IMG/VR virus record: IMGVR_UViG_3300020220_002267
Location: 1 to 55,260 of that record
Reading direction: 5' to 3' (one strand)
DNA from: a virus
Taxonomy: Duplodnaviria; Caudoviricetes
DNA length: 55,260 bases
The notes beneath the pieces were generated by a model, which was not told where the DNA came from, searched no databases, and saw only the letters and a list, made by a program, of their open reading frames with translations. Position 1 is the first letter of the stretch. Every line of letters starts with the position of its first letter. Position numbers and translations under genes: made by a program. This document shows, one piece after another, positions 1 through 8,924 of this stretch.

Positions 1-949
<949 letters not shown>

Positions 950-968
950 CCGTCCAGAAGGACCCAAT

Positions 969-1012
969 GAAGGGCCGCTTCCGGACACCCCGGAGGCGGC
1001 CCTTCTCGTTTC
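969..1012 (+). terminator. Rho-independent terminator after tuf
   Basis: 16-bp stem gaagggccgcttccgg/ccggaggcggcccttc (one G-U) followed by tcgtttc. Confidence 0.8.
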
Positions 1013-1027
1013 AGACCGACACCGACC

Positions 1028-1054
1028 GTTCAGACTTCACCCGTTCCTGCGTAG
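1028..1054 (+). promoter_or_regulatory. Class-1 promoter motif GTTCAG-N16-CGTAG upstream of VWA gene
   Basis: One of 13 copies of the same bipartite motif in this window, nearly all just upstream of a start codon. Confidence 0.7.
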
Positions 1055-1125
1055 GGACGGGAGACACCAGCGAGAACACTCGCCCCCTGTGAGGGGGGCA
1101 CTTGGAACTCAAGGAGACAGACCAC

Positions 1126-3015
1126 ATGAACAACGATCTTCAGAAGCGTGTCGAGGCCCTGGGCCCGGCCGAGCGGCTCATCCAGACGCTGCTCACCCAC
1201 CAGGACCACATGATCCACAACCGTCCGGGCATCGTGGTCCCGGCCCCGGGCACCGTCACGGGTGTCAAGTGGGAGGCTGCGTCGTACAAGGAGGAGGGTC
1301 CGGAGGGCGGGGCGAAGGAGAAGATCGCCTACTTCAACCGGAAGGTCGGGACCAAGACCCAGAAGGTTCGGGCGGGCGTCATCGGTGCGGACGGGAAGGT
1401 CCGTGACGGTGGCCGCATCGTCGGCGAGTACCGTCAGCCGGGGTTCTACCCGGAGGTCGCCTCGTGGGTGTACCGCCAGATCGCCGAGGTCTACAAGCTC
1501 GACAACGAGTTCGTGGCCCGGTGGGCTTCCTACGCCTTCGGCCAGGAGCACAAGGATCTGAAGGTCGCCCTGGCCGCGTTCCTCCTCGTTCAGACCCGCC
1601 GGGGTGATCCGGTGGTCGAGGACGGGAAGGTGCTGTTCTACGACGAGGACTTCCGCGATGTCGGTGAGGCCATGTGCCTCATCCGCCGGAACGACGGAAA
1701 GGATCTGAACCCGCGCCTCCTGCTGCGGGTCGGTGACCTCCTGCGTCTCCCGGGGATCGCGGCCATCAACCGTGAGCTTGGGTTCGGCCGTTCGGCCAAG
1801 AACCCGGCCCTCGGCCGGTGGGAGAAGGCCGTCGAGAAGTACCTCCGTCACCGGGAGGAGAACCCGAAGATGCTCGAGGGCATGGTGAAGGCGGGCATGC
1901 GTACCACGGTCATGGCCCTGGCGCGTGCCGTCCACTACAAGCCGGAGACGACTCGGTTCTTCGAGATCCTTCGCTGGAAGCAGGCTCAGTCCCAGGATGG
2001 TCGGCGTTCGCTGGCCATCGGGACCGAGGTGCAGGCTGCGGAGTCGTGGGAGGGTCTGACCGAGGCCGAGGTGTGCCAGAAGATCGTCGAGACGAAGCCG
2101 TCGTACAAGCGCATCGTGGGTCTGCTCCCGAAGGGGATGGGCCTCACCCGTGCGATCGTGGCGGCGGCGGTCGAGTCCGGTGCGATGTCCGACCAGGATC
2201 TCATCATCGCGACCCCGACCCTCGAGGATCTGGGCCTCATCAACGTGGAGCCGGTGAAGTCCCGGTGGGAGAAGGCTCTCGCCAAGGCCGAGAACCAGCG
2301 TGCGGTGAACATCGCCGCCCGCGTGAAGAACGTGGAGACGAAGGAGAAGCTGGCTGTCGCCGCCGACACCGCCGTCAAGAAGGCGGTCGAGGAGGTGATG
2401 AAGGGCCTCACCATCTACTTCATGGTCGACATCTCGGGCTCGATGCAGAACGCCATCGAGCAGTCCAAGGACTACATCGCCAAGCTCCTCGGCGGGTTCC
2501 CGCTCGAGAAGGTCAAGGTCTCCGTGTTCAACACGTCGGGCCGTGAGGTGCAGATCAAGCACGCTTCCTCGAAGGGTGTCGAGGCCGCCTTCCGTGGCAT
2601 CACGGCGAGCGGTGGCACCGACTACGGTGCGGGTGTCCGTGCGCTCCAGGCGTTCAAGCCGGGGGCGGACGAGGATGCCCTGTTCATCTTCGTCGGTGAC
2701 GAGCAGGCGGGGGAGTTCTCCCACGCGGTTCGTGGCTCGGGTCTCAACCCGGTCGCCTTCGGTCTCCTGAAGGTGTCGGGCGGGGAGCACGACCGGGCTG
2801 TCCGTCAGACGGCGGCCTCGCTCGGGATCCCGTGCTTCAACATCGACAAGGGCATCTTCGAGGACGTGTACTCGCTCCCGCGCACGCTCCGCAACATGAT
2901 CGCGGCCACCCCGGTCGTGCAGGGTGTTGTGGCGGCTCGCGCGGTCCCGCGTGTCTCCCTCGTCGAGCAGATCCTCAAGACGGACCTGCTCAAGAAGCCC
3001 CATTTCGCGCTGTAG
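1126..3015 (+). CDS. VWA (MIDAS) domain protein with long helical N-terminal region, possibly TROVE/Ro60-like
   Basis: C-terminal VDISGSM, GGTDY, FVGDEQ MIDAS motifs; AAGGAG Shine-Dalgarno before ATG 1126. Confidence 0.8.
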   Translation: MNNDLQKRVEALGPAERLIQTLLTHQDHMIHNRPGIVVPAPGTVTGVKWEAASYKEEGPEGGAKEKIAYFNRKVGTKTQKVRAGVIGADGKVRDGGRIVGEYRQPGFYPEVASWVYRQIAEVYKLDNEFVARWASYAFGQEHKDLKVALAAFLLVQTRRGDPVVEDGKVLFYDEDFRDVGEAMCLIRRNDGKDLNPRLLLRVGDLLRLPGIAAINRELGFGRSAKNPALGRWEKAVEKYLRHREENPKMLEGMVKAGMRTTVMALARAVHYKPETTRFFEILRWKQAQSQDGRRSLAIGTEVQAAESWEGLTEAEVCQKIVETKPSYKRIVGLLPKGMGLTRAIVAAAVESGAMSDQDLIIATPTLEDLGLINVEPVKSRWEKALAKAENQRAVNIAARVKNVETKEKLAVAADTAVKKAVEEVMKGLTIYFMVDISGSMQNAIEQSKDYIAKLLGGFPLEKVKVSVFNTSGREVQIKHASSKGVEAAFRGITASGGTDYGAGVRALQAFKPGADEDALFIFVGDEQAGEFSHAVRGSGLNPVAFGLLKVSGGEHDRAVRQTAASLGIPCFNIDKGIFEDVYSLPRTLRNMIAATPVVQGVVAARAVPRVSLVEQILKTDLLKKPHFAL

Positions 3016-3031
3016 TGCGCGAAGGAGGTGG

Positions 3032-3058
3032 GTTCAGACCCACCCACCTCAACCGTAG
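3032..3058 (+). promoter_or_regulatory. Class-1 promoter motif GTTCAG-N16-CGTAG
   Basis: gttcag-acccacccacctcaac-cgtag, 18 nt before ATG 3076. Confidence 0.7.
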
Positions 3059-3075
3059 TCCTCACAGGAGTTCTG

Positions 3076-3324
3076 ATGCGTTTCGTCCCCCTCATGTTCC
3101 TCATGGCCTGCTCCGAAAACGAGATGGCCAAGTCCTTCGGCGGGACGATGCACCTCGACCTGCCCTGCGGTGAGAAGCTCACCGAGATCACCTGGAAGGA
3201 CACGGACCTCTGGTACGCCTACCGCCCCATGCGGGAGGGTGAGGTGCCGGAGACCACCACGTTCAAGGCCGACACGGCCATGGGCGTAATGGAAGGCACG
3301 GTCATCGTGCAGGAGTGCCGCTGA
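3076..3324 (+). CDS. Small putative lipoprotein
   Basis: AGGAG SD; short hydrophobic N-terminus with lipobox-like LMAC; stop overlaps next ATG. Confidence 0.6.
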   Translation: MRFVPLMFLMACSENEMAKSFGGTMHLDLPCGEKLTEITWKDTDLWYAYRPMREGEVPETTTFKADTAMGVMEGTVIVQECR

Positions 3325-4334
3325 TGGGCTGGCAGGATCTGATCGCAAAGCCGGATGAGTCCGTCACCGTCCCTTGGACCGGTGGGCGGGAGATCCGTGC
3401 TCAGCGTCGGGTCCTCCAGGTCGAGGGCCGTCTCCCCAAGGAGCACGGCTGGCACGAGTTCAACATCACCGGGGGTCGCAAGGCTTCCTGGAAGGGACTC
3501 GTTGAGCCCAACATCGACGAGGTGTTCGCCGGGGCCAAGTTCTCGAAGGGCTACCTCGTCGGCGACCGCTTCATCCCGGACGGGGTGGCGGCGGCTGTCG
3601 AGCCGACCAAGATCATCGAGCAGACGGAGCCGGTTCACCTGGTTGAGCTTGGCCTGGAGCGGTTCGCTCGGGTCAAGGTGGCCCGGTGGGAGGATGGTCG
3701 CCTCATCTACGTGGGCCAGGAGTTCCCTCTCGGTCCCGAGGGCGAGGTGACCAACGCCTACCAGGACCGGAAGCCGTCGGTCAGCGACATCACCAACGTC
3801 ACGCCCGCTCTCGACCTGGCTTTCAGGTTCGAGTCGTGGAACCGTTCCGAGGGAGAGCGCCTTCGGGCGGAGGCCGAGCGTCTCGCACGGGAGGAGGAGG
3901 CCAAGAAGGCTGCCGAGATCCGTCGGGCCGAACTGGCTCGTCAGCTTGGGACCGGGGATGGTCGTCGCGAGATGGCGAAGCTCGACTTCGGGGCAGCCGC
4001 CAAGGCGGCTCTGGCGGTCGGTGGTGCCGAGCTTCTCGACTGGCGGGATTCCCGGGTCGCGGGCGAGGCCGTCGTCCAGTTCCGGTACTCGGGTCGTCGG
4101 TTCGAGTGCGTCGCCCAGAAGGAGACGCTTCGCATCATCGACTCCGGCATCTGCCTCGTCGATCACGGCTCGGGCGAGCGGGGCGACACCCGGTTCACGC
4201 TCGAGTCTCTCCCTGGGGTCATCGGACAGGCCCAGAGGGAGCGTCGGCTGGTGGTGTTCCGCCACGTCGATGAGCGTGGCGGGTACGTCCGCAACGATGA
4301 TGGAGATTTCCAAGACGAAGACGAGGACTACTGA
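3324..4334 (+). CDS. Hypothetical protein of the Ubl locus; C-terminal domain is a candidate divergent E2-like enzyme
   Basis: Coiled-coil middle; C-terminal IIDSGICLVD...FTLESLPGVI resembles the E2 GxICL and downstream helix pattern; lies between VWA and JAB. Confidence 0.55.
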   Translation: MGWQDLIAKPDESVTVPWTGGREIRAQRRVLQVEGRLPKEHGWHEFNITGGRKASWKGLVEPNIDEVFAGAKFSKGYLVGDRFIPDGVAAAVEPTKIIEQTEPVHLVELGLERFARVKVARWEDGRLIYVGQEFPLGPEGEVTNAYQDRKPSVSDITNVTPALDLAFRFESWNRSEGERLRAEAERLAREEEAKKAAEIRRAELARQLGTGDGRREMAKLDFGAAAKAALAVGGAELLDWRDSRVAGEAVVQFRYSGRRFECVAQKETLRIIDSGICLVDHGSGERGDTRFTLESLPGVIGQAQRERRLVVFRHVDERGGYVRNDDGDFQDEDEDY

Positions 4335-4543
4335 TGGACTGGGATGCGGACAACCTCCACTGGGAAGAGATCGACCGGGTGGAATCCCACGACAACGGGC
4401 CCTACGTGGTCACCGAGCGCACTTCTGTGCCCGGCGGCTACCTCGTCCGCATCATCGGCTACACCTGGGACGGGCTCCCGTCTCTCGGGGTCAGCATCAC
4501 GTTCGTCCCAGACCTCCCGGCAAAGCAGGAAGGTGCAGCGTGA
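4334..4543 (+). CDS. Hypothetical protein (69 aa)
   Basis: TGATG coupling at both ends, typical codon usage. Confidence 0.6.
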   Translation: MDWDADNLHWEEIDRVESHDNGPYVVTERTSVPGGYLVRIIGYTWDGLPSLGVSITFVPDLPAKQEGAA

Positions 4544-4926
4544 TGGAAGTCGGGGTCGTCATCGCCAAGGATGGCTCGGTCATCCACTGGCACCTGCCGC
4601 CCAACCGGACGAGCGTGGCTCTCCCGGACAGCCGCGACCTGTGGGACATCCTCTGGGAGAACCGGGATCGGCTGGCGGGCTTTGCCCACTCCCATCCGGG
4701 CAGCGGCCTCCCGGGGCCGTCGTACACGGACGTGACCACCTTCGCGGGTGTGGAGGCGGGCCTCGGGCGTCGCCTCCGCTGGTGGATCACAAGCACGGAT
4801 CGGCTCATCGAGCTTCGGTGGGAGGGTCCACACCAACACGAATATGTCGGGTGGGAGGTTCAGTCGGACCCCGCCCAGCGTATGTGGGTCGAAGAACTAC
4901 GTCGTCAATCCTATGAGCAGAGGTGA
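4543..4926 (+). CDS. JAB/MPN+/JAMM metallopeptidase
   Basis: N-terminal Glu (MEVG) and FAHSHPGSGLPGPSYTD JAMM motif (HxH-x7-S-x2-D). Confidence 0.85.
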   Translation: MEVGVVIAKDGSVIHWHLPPNRTSVALPDSRDLWDILWENRDRLAGFAHSHPGSGLPGPSYTDVTTFAGVEAGLGRRLRWWITSTDRLIELRWEGPHQHEYVGWEVQSDPAQRMWVEELRRQSYEQR

Positions 4927-4929
4927 AAA

Positions 4930-5229
4930 ATGGAGAACATCGTCGAGGGAATCAACCTGCCGGTCCGCGCTCTGGCGGACTTCGAGGCTCGTCTCAACGT
5001 GACCTTCGCGGGTCAGAACGGCGACCTGCCGGACCCGGTGGCGTTCGACGCCCCGGACGCTGACGTGAAGCGGTGGGCCACCGAGGCCGTCCGCAACGGC
5101 GGCATCCCGGGCATCGGGGCCAACGCGGGGGCGTCCTTCGACGACTTCGTCGTCGATCGCTTCCCGCCGAACGAGCAGCGGCCGTTCCGCCTGATCCAGC
5201 TTCGTCCGAAGACTCCGTTCGGAGCCTGA
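4930..5229 (+). CDS. Ubiquitin-like (beta-grasp) modifier precursor ending RPKTPFG-A
   Basis: 99 aa, final strand LIQLRP then penultimate Gly; directly downstream of JAB and upstream of ThiF/E1. Confidence 0.65.
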   Translation: MENIVEGINLPVRALADFEARLNVTFAGQNGDLPDPVAFDAPDADVKRWATEAVRNGGIPGIGANAGASFDDFVVDRFPPNEQRPFRLIQLRPKTPFGA

Positions 5230-5549
5230 TGACGATGCGGTTCATCGTGGAACTGCACCAGGACGGGGGTTGCGACTACACCATTGGGTGCGGGACGAAA
5301 ATCGTCCCCCTCAAGGCTGTGGATCGCACCTCCGCCCTCCGCGAAGTCCAAGAGCTTCTGGCGGACCGGTACACCGGGGAGTACTCGGTGGCACGGGCCC
5401 ACATCTACGCCGTGGCCGAGGACTTCCCCGCCGATGTGGGGGCCATCTACAAGGCCATCGCCGCCGAACGCCAGGCCGAGCAGGACGAAGAGAAAGAGGA
5501 AGAGGAGCGGGCCGAGTACGAGCGGCTTCGCCAGAAGTTCGGCAAGTAG
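5229..5549 (+). CDS. Hypothetical phage protein with acidic C-terminal coiled coil
   Basis: TGATG coupling; GCDYTIGCG motif; ends EYERLRQKFGK. Confidence 0.65.
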   Translation: MTMRFIVELHQDGGCDYTIGCGTKIVPLKAVDRTSALREVQELLADRYTGEYSVARAHIYAVAEDFPADVGAIYKAIAAERQAEQDEEKEEEERAEYERLRQKFGK

Positions 5550-5576
5550 GTTCAGAACCTCCCCTCTGATGCGTAT
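5550..5576 (+). promoter_or_regulatory. Class-1 promoter motif GTTCAG-N16-CGTAT
   Basis: Intergenic, followed by GGAGG and ATG 5595. Confidence 0.7.
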
Positions 5577-5594
5577 GAGGGTTGGAGGTTCCTG

Positions 5595-5870
5595 ATGGCC
5601 GAGCGTTCTGTCCCCTCGGACGTTTCCGACTACATCCACTTCGGGGATGTGGCCCGGGACCGCTGCGGAATGCAGTGTCAGTACGCCCGGCACTACCTGG
5701 CGGGTGAGCACGGCTCCGCCGACCTCGGGTCAGACCTGCGGTGGTTCGGCGAGACCGCCGACTATCACAAGCTCCAAATCCACCGAGAGGACGCTGACGA
5801 GTTCGTCCGCCGGGTCCGCAAGCACCGGACCGAGGGCGGCATGGGCTGGTCGGGCGAGAAGGAGTCCTGA
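5595..5870 (+). CDS. Hypothetical protein
   Basis: GGAGG SD, promoter motif upstream, GC3-rich codons. Confidence 0.65.
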   Translation: MAERSVPSDVSDYIHFGDVARDRCGMQCQYARHYLAGEHGSADLGSDLRWFGETADYHKLQIHREDADEFVRRVRKHRTEGGMGWSGEKES

Positions 5871-6163
5871 TGGACACGCTCATCACCACCTACGGGGGAC
5901 ATCCCGCGTACCGGGAGCCTGGGTTCGAGGTCGTGGCGTTCCCGTCCAGCCTCGTGGCGTTCGCCATCGACGAGACGGGCAAGCACCTCCGCCGAGTCGG
6001 GGACACGAGCCAGCCGCCTCACTGGGGCATCTGGCAAGGGACCGTCCACGTCTCCGCGTACAGCCCGGACACCTCCATCTTCGACCTCATGGAACTCCTG
6101 CGGAGAGGGCAGACCGCCCTCCGTTGCAAGGAGAACCGGCCCAACCTCAACCCGAGAAGGTGA
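5870..6163 (+). CDS. Hypothetical protein
   Basis: AAGGAG SD, TGATG coupling. Confidence 0.6.
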   Translation: MDTLITTYGGHPAYREPGFEVVAFPSSLVAFAIDETGKHLRRVGDTSQPPHWGIWQGTVHVSAYSPDTSIFDLMELLRRGQTALRCKENRPNLNPRR

Positions 6164-6195
6164 AGAGGCTCAAGGTGATCGACTTCGACGTTTGA
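6160..6195 (+). pseudogene. Remnant of the original 5' end of the ThiF/E1 gene (MKRLKVIDFDV*)
   Basis: GTGA overlap with upstream stop; LKVIDFD matches FRIVDMD of the intact E1; ends where the endonuclease insert begins. Confidence 0.55.
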
Positions 6196-6220
6196 CGTAG
6201 AGAGGAACACACGGTAAGCT
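6192..6220 (+). promoter_or_regulatory. Sigma70-like promoter TTGACG-N17-TAAGCT, probably giving leaderless mRNA
   Basis: -10 ends 6 nt before ATG 6227; no SD in between. Confidence 0.65.
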
Positions 6221-6226
6221 GTGCTC

Positions 6227-7171
6227 ATGCGGAAACCGTTCACACAGTCCGAGATCGCAGAGGTCGTCGCGAGCTATCAGTCGGGGCAGAGTGTTCGACA
6301 GATTGCAATACGGTTGAGCCGCGCCCCGAGTGCTGTGCAAGCTCATCTTCAAGAACAAGGGTTGCTGCGAACCCGCGAGGAGTACCTCGCGGCACGGGCC
6401 AACCACATTGAAATCACGCCCGAACTTCGGTCCATCCTTGACGGGATGCTCCTCTCGGATGCCTCGATTTCTTGTGGGAAAGGTCGTAAGAGTGCTGGGG
6501 TCACGCTCTGGCAGAGTCCTGTTCGGCGTGGGTGGCTGGAACAACTACAAGAAGAGCTTCGCACCCAGGGTGTGCTGTCCACCCTCGACGAGCGAACAAT
6601 CCAGCCCTCACAATTCAAAGACGGGCGGATGTCCCCTGGCGGGGACTACCTCGTCCTCAGAACACGAAGCTACGTCGAGTTCGTAGCAGAGCGGGAACGG
6701 TGGCACCTAAACGGAGCCAAAGCCCCTCCCCTCGATCTGCGGCTCACCCCCACGTCCCTTCGGCACTGGTTTTGTGGGGACGGCACGGGAGGCGACCAGA
6801 AAGGTACGCTTGGCCTTTACACCAACGGCTTCACCGCAGCAGATGTTGACCGACTGGTAGCCCTCCTTCAGTCGGATCTCAACATCGAAGCCACCCGCCT
6901 CGTCGACCAGCGGGGGCACTCGAGGATTCTCATCGGGAAGCGCGACATGGCTGTCCGCGTGCAAGACCTCATCGGGGTTCAGGTTGTGCCCTGTTGTGCG
7001 TATAAGTTCCAGCACGTTCGGCCCCTTCCAGAAACAGGAAAGGGTCGCCGTCTCCTGGAGTCAACTCTCATCGCCGTGAAGCAAGATCGAGGCACCTGCA
7101 CGATGCGCGAAGCGGCGAAAAGACACGGTGTTTCCGTGTCAAAGGTGTGGAAGCTATGGCACGAATCGTAG
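6227..7171 (+). CDS. LAGLIDADG homing endonuclease with N- and C-terminal HTH
   Basis: ILDGMLLSDAS and HWFCGDG motifs, LYTNGFT; terminal HTH segments; more AT-rich codons than neighbours. Confidence 0.85.
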   Translation: MRKPFTQSEIAEVVASYQSGQSVRQIAIRLSRAPSAVQAHLQEQGLLRTREEYLAARANHIEITPELRSILDGMLLSDASISCGKGRKSAGVTLWQSPVRRGWLEQLQEELRTQGVLSTLDERTIQPSQFKDGRMSPGGDYLVLRTRSYVEFVAERERWHLNGAKAPPLDLRLTPTSLRHWFCGDGTGGDQKGTLGLYTNGFTAADVDRLVALLQSDLNIEATRLVDQRGHSRILIGKRDMAVRVQDLIGVQVVPCCAYKFQHVRPLPETGKGRRLLESTLIAVKQDRGTCTMREAAKRHGVSVSKVWKLWHES

Positions 7172-7728
7172 TGGTGGGAGTGGGGGCTTTGGGGAGCCAT
7201 TTCCTGCTCTTCGCTCGAAACATCCCCGCACAATTCCGTATCGTGGATATGGATAGGGTGGAACGTAAGAACGTCATGAGCCAGTTCCACACGAACATGG
7301 CCGTGGGAAAGAACAAGGCCGACGCGCTCAAGCAGGCGATGCAGGGTCTGTTCGGCATCAAGATCGACGCCGTTCCGCACCGGCTCACCACGGACAACGT
7401 GGAGCAGCTACTGGGTGGGGCCGACCTCGTGGTGGACTGCCTCGACAACGGGGCCAGCCGGAAGATCATCCAGAACTACGTGCGGGCCAAGGGCATCCCC
7501 TGTCTCCACGGGGCCCTGGCTCCCGACGGCGGGTTCGGGCGGGCGGTCTGGAGTTCGAACTTTGTGATTGACAACGAGAGTGGGGGTGTGGCAACCTGTG
7601 AGGATGGAGCCCACCTTCCCTTCATCACCATCGTCGCCTCTCATCTTGCCTTCGCCGTGCAGCGATTCCTCGCCACCGGAGAGCAAGTCAATTTCAACAT
7701 CTTCCCTGGCGGGGTCTCGCGCTTCTAG
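7156..7728 (+). CDS. ThiF/MoeB/E1-like adenylyltransferase
   Basis: IVVVGVGALGS, DMDRVERKNVMSQ, KNKA, VVDCLDN; candidate catalytic Cys in ATCED; no CxxC Zn motifs. Confidence 0.9.
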   Translation: MARIVVVGVGALGSHFLLFARNIPAQFRIVDMDRVERKNVMSQFHTNMAVGKNKADALKQAMQGLFGIKIDAVPHRLTTDNVEQLLGGADLVVDCLDNGASRKIIQNYVRAKGIPCLHGALAPDGGFGRAVWSSNFVIDNESGGVATCEDGAHLPFITIVASHLAFAVQRFLATGEQVNFNIFPGGVSRF

Positions 7729-8686
7729 CCGAGAGAAACGAGCAGATCGACGCACAGCACATCTCGATGTAGCGGCTCTCATCGAGGGATATCGTTCCGG
7801 ACTCAGTTCGGCGGAGTTGGCTTGTCGATTCGGGGTCGGTCGATCCACCGTCCTTTCCCGATTGCGAGAGGCGGGTGTGCATGTTCGCCGTCCTTCGGAG
7901 TGGGAGGAAAAGCCACTTGCTCTGTCACCGGAGCGACTGGAACGTCTCACCGAGATCGTGGATGGGTTGATGCTAGGAGATGGGCATCTTCGCCGCCTTG
8001 GCGGCTTGAGACTTGAGCAGAGTCATGTTCGACGCGGGTGGGTCGAAGACGTTCAGCGTCACCTTGCGGATTTGGGAGTGTTGAGCACCCTCGATGAAGT
8101 GATCCGATCTGCCCGTGTTCGTCCTGATGGCCGTGTGCTCCCCCCATACACGGGATGCACCCTTCGGGTGCCTGCCTACGTCGAGCTTAGGGAGTTGCGA
8201 CAGCGGTGGTATCCCAACGGGGTGAAGTGTGTTCCAGAAGATGTGCGACTAACAGCAGCATCAGTCGCGGACTGGGTAAGCGGAGATGGGACCGGCAACT
8301 CGGCTGGGGGTTTGATCCTCTGCACGGATGGCTTCACGGAACAGGATGTTCGACATCTCATCTGCCGTCTCCGGGAGACATTCGGCGTGCGGGCTCGCAC
8401 AGTCTTCTCTGGCGGGGGGAGACCGAAGATCGGGATCCTTCGGAAAGATGATGTCCTCCATCTACGAGACATTTTGCTTCCCCACATGTCGGCGTGCTGC
8501 CACTACAAGTTTCGACACGCACGGGCTGCACAGAAACGAGGAACACTATCGGAGTTCGAAGTTCGAGACATCCGAGCGAGGTACGAAGCGGGGGTGGTGC
8601 TCGCCGTGCTCGCAAATGAATATGGGCTAAGCCGTGCAGCCATCAACAACATCGGGATGCGAAAAGTCTACAAATGGGTGCCCTGA
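7604..8686 (+). CDS. Second LAGLIDADG homing endonuclease with HTH domains (start uncertain, overlaps E1 3' end)
   Basis: IVDGLMLGDGHL, DWVSGDG, LCTDGFT, WYPNGVKCVP; similar to 6227..7171. Confidence 0.8.
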   Translation: MEPTFPSSPSSPLILPSPCSDSSPPESKSISTSSLAGSRASSREKRADRRTAHLDVAALIEGYRSGLSSAELACRFGVGRSTVLSRLREAGVHVRRPSEWEEKPLALSPERLERLTEIVDGLMLGDGHLRRLGGLRLEQSHVRRGWVEDVQRHLADLGVLSTLDEVIRSARVRPDGRVLPPYTGCTLRVPAYVELRELRQRWYPNGVKCVPEDVRLTAASVADWVSGDGTGNSAGGLILCTDGFTEQDVRHLICRLRETFGVRARTVFSGGGRPKIGILRKDDVLHLRDILLPHMSACCHYKFRHARAAQKRGTLSEFEVRDIRARYEAGVVLAVLANEYGLSRAAINNIGMRKVYKWVP

Positions 8687-8850
8687 TCGACGACGAGACG
8701 GGGATGGGTGCCGCCACCTGCGAGGATGGAGAACACCTGCCGTTCATCACCACCGTCTCGAGCTACATGGCTGCCTCGATTCAGCGGTTTCTGAAAGACG
8801 GCCGAAAGGTCGGCTTCCAGGTGCATCCCGGCGGAGTGATGGTCATCTGA
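8686..8850 (+). pseudogene. Displaced original 3' end of ThiF/E1 gene
   Basis: Translates IDDETGMGAATCEDGEHLPFITTVSSYMAASIQRFLKDGRKVGFQVHPGGVMVI*, colinear with the E1 C-terminus at 7567..7728. Confidence 0.85.
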
Positions 8851-8924
8851 GTTGAGGTGGGGGGTTGCCGCCTTCCACCAGTCGGGTAGTAGTGGATGTC
8901 AGAAGCGTTCTTCGACAACTCAAC

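Noticed and set aside
1030-3003. 657-aa minus-strand ORF and similar long antisense ORFs (14791..16299, 38979..41936, 42080..43651, 50001..51638, 53397..54809)
   Set aside because: Shadows of real genes caused by high GC3 codon bias; no motifs, no SD, fully overlapping better-supported ORFs
3946-4542. Long N-terminal extensions in the ORF track (3946, 17208, 19208, 29079, 49297, 52963 and others)
   Set aside because: They overlap upstream genes; downstream starts with SD or stop-start coupling fit better
6227-8686. Group I intron or intein interpretation of the LAGLIDADG ORFs
   Set aside because: E1 is a complete uninterrupted ORF with its own stop; there is no non-coding room for a ribozyme core and no intein C/S...HN termini
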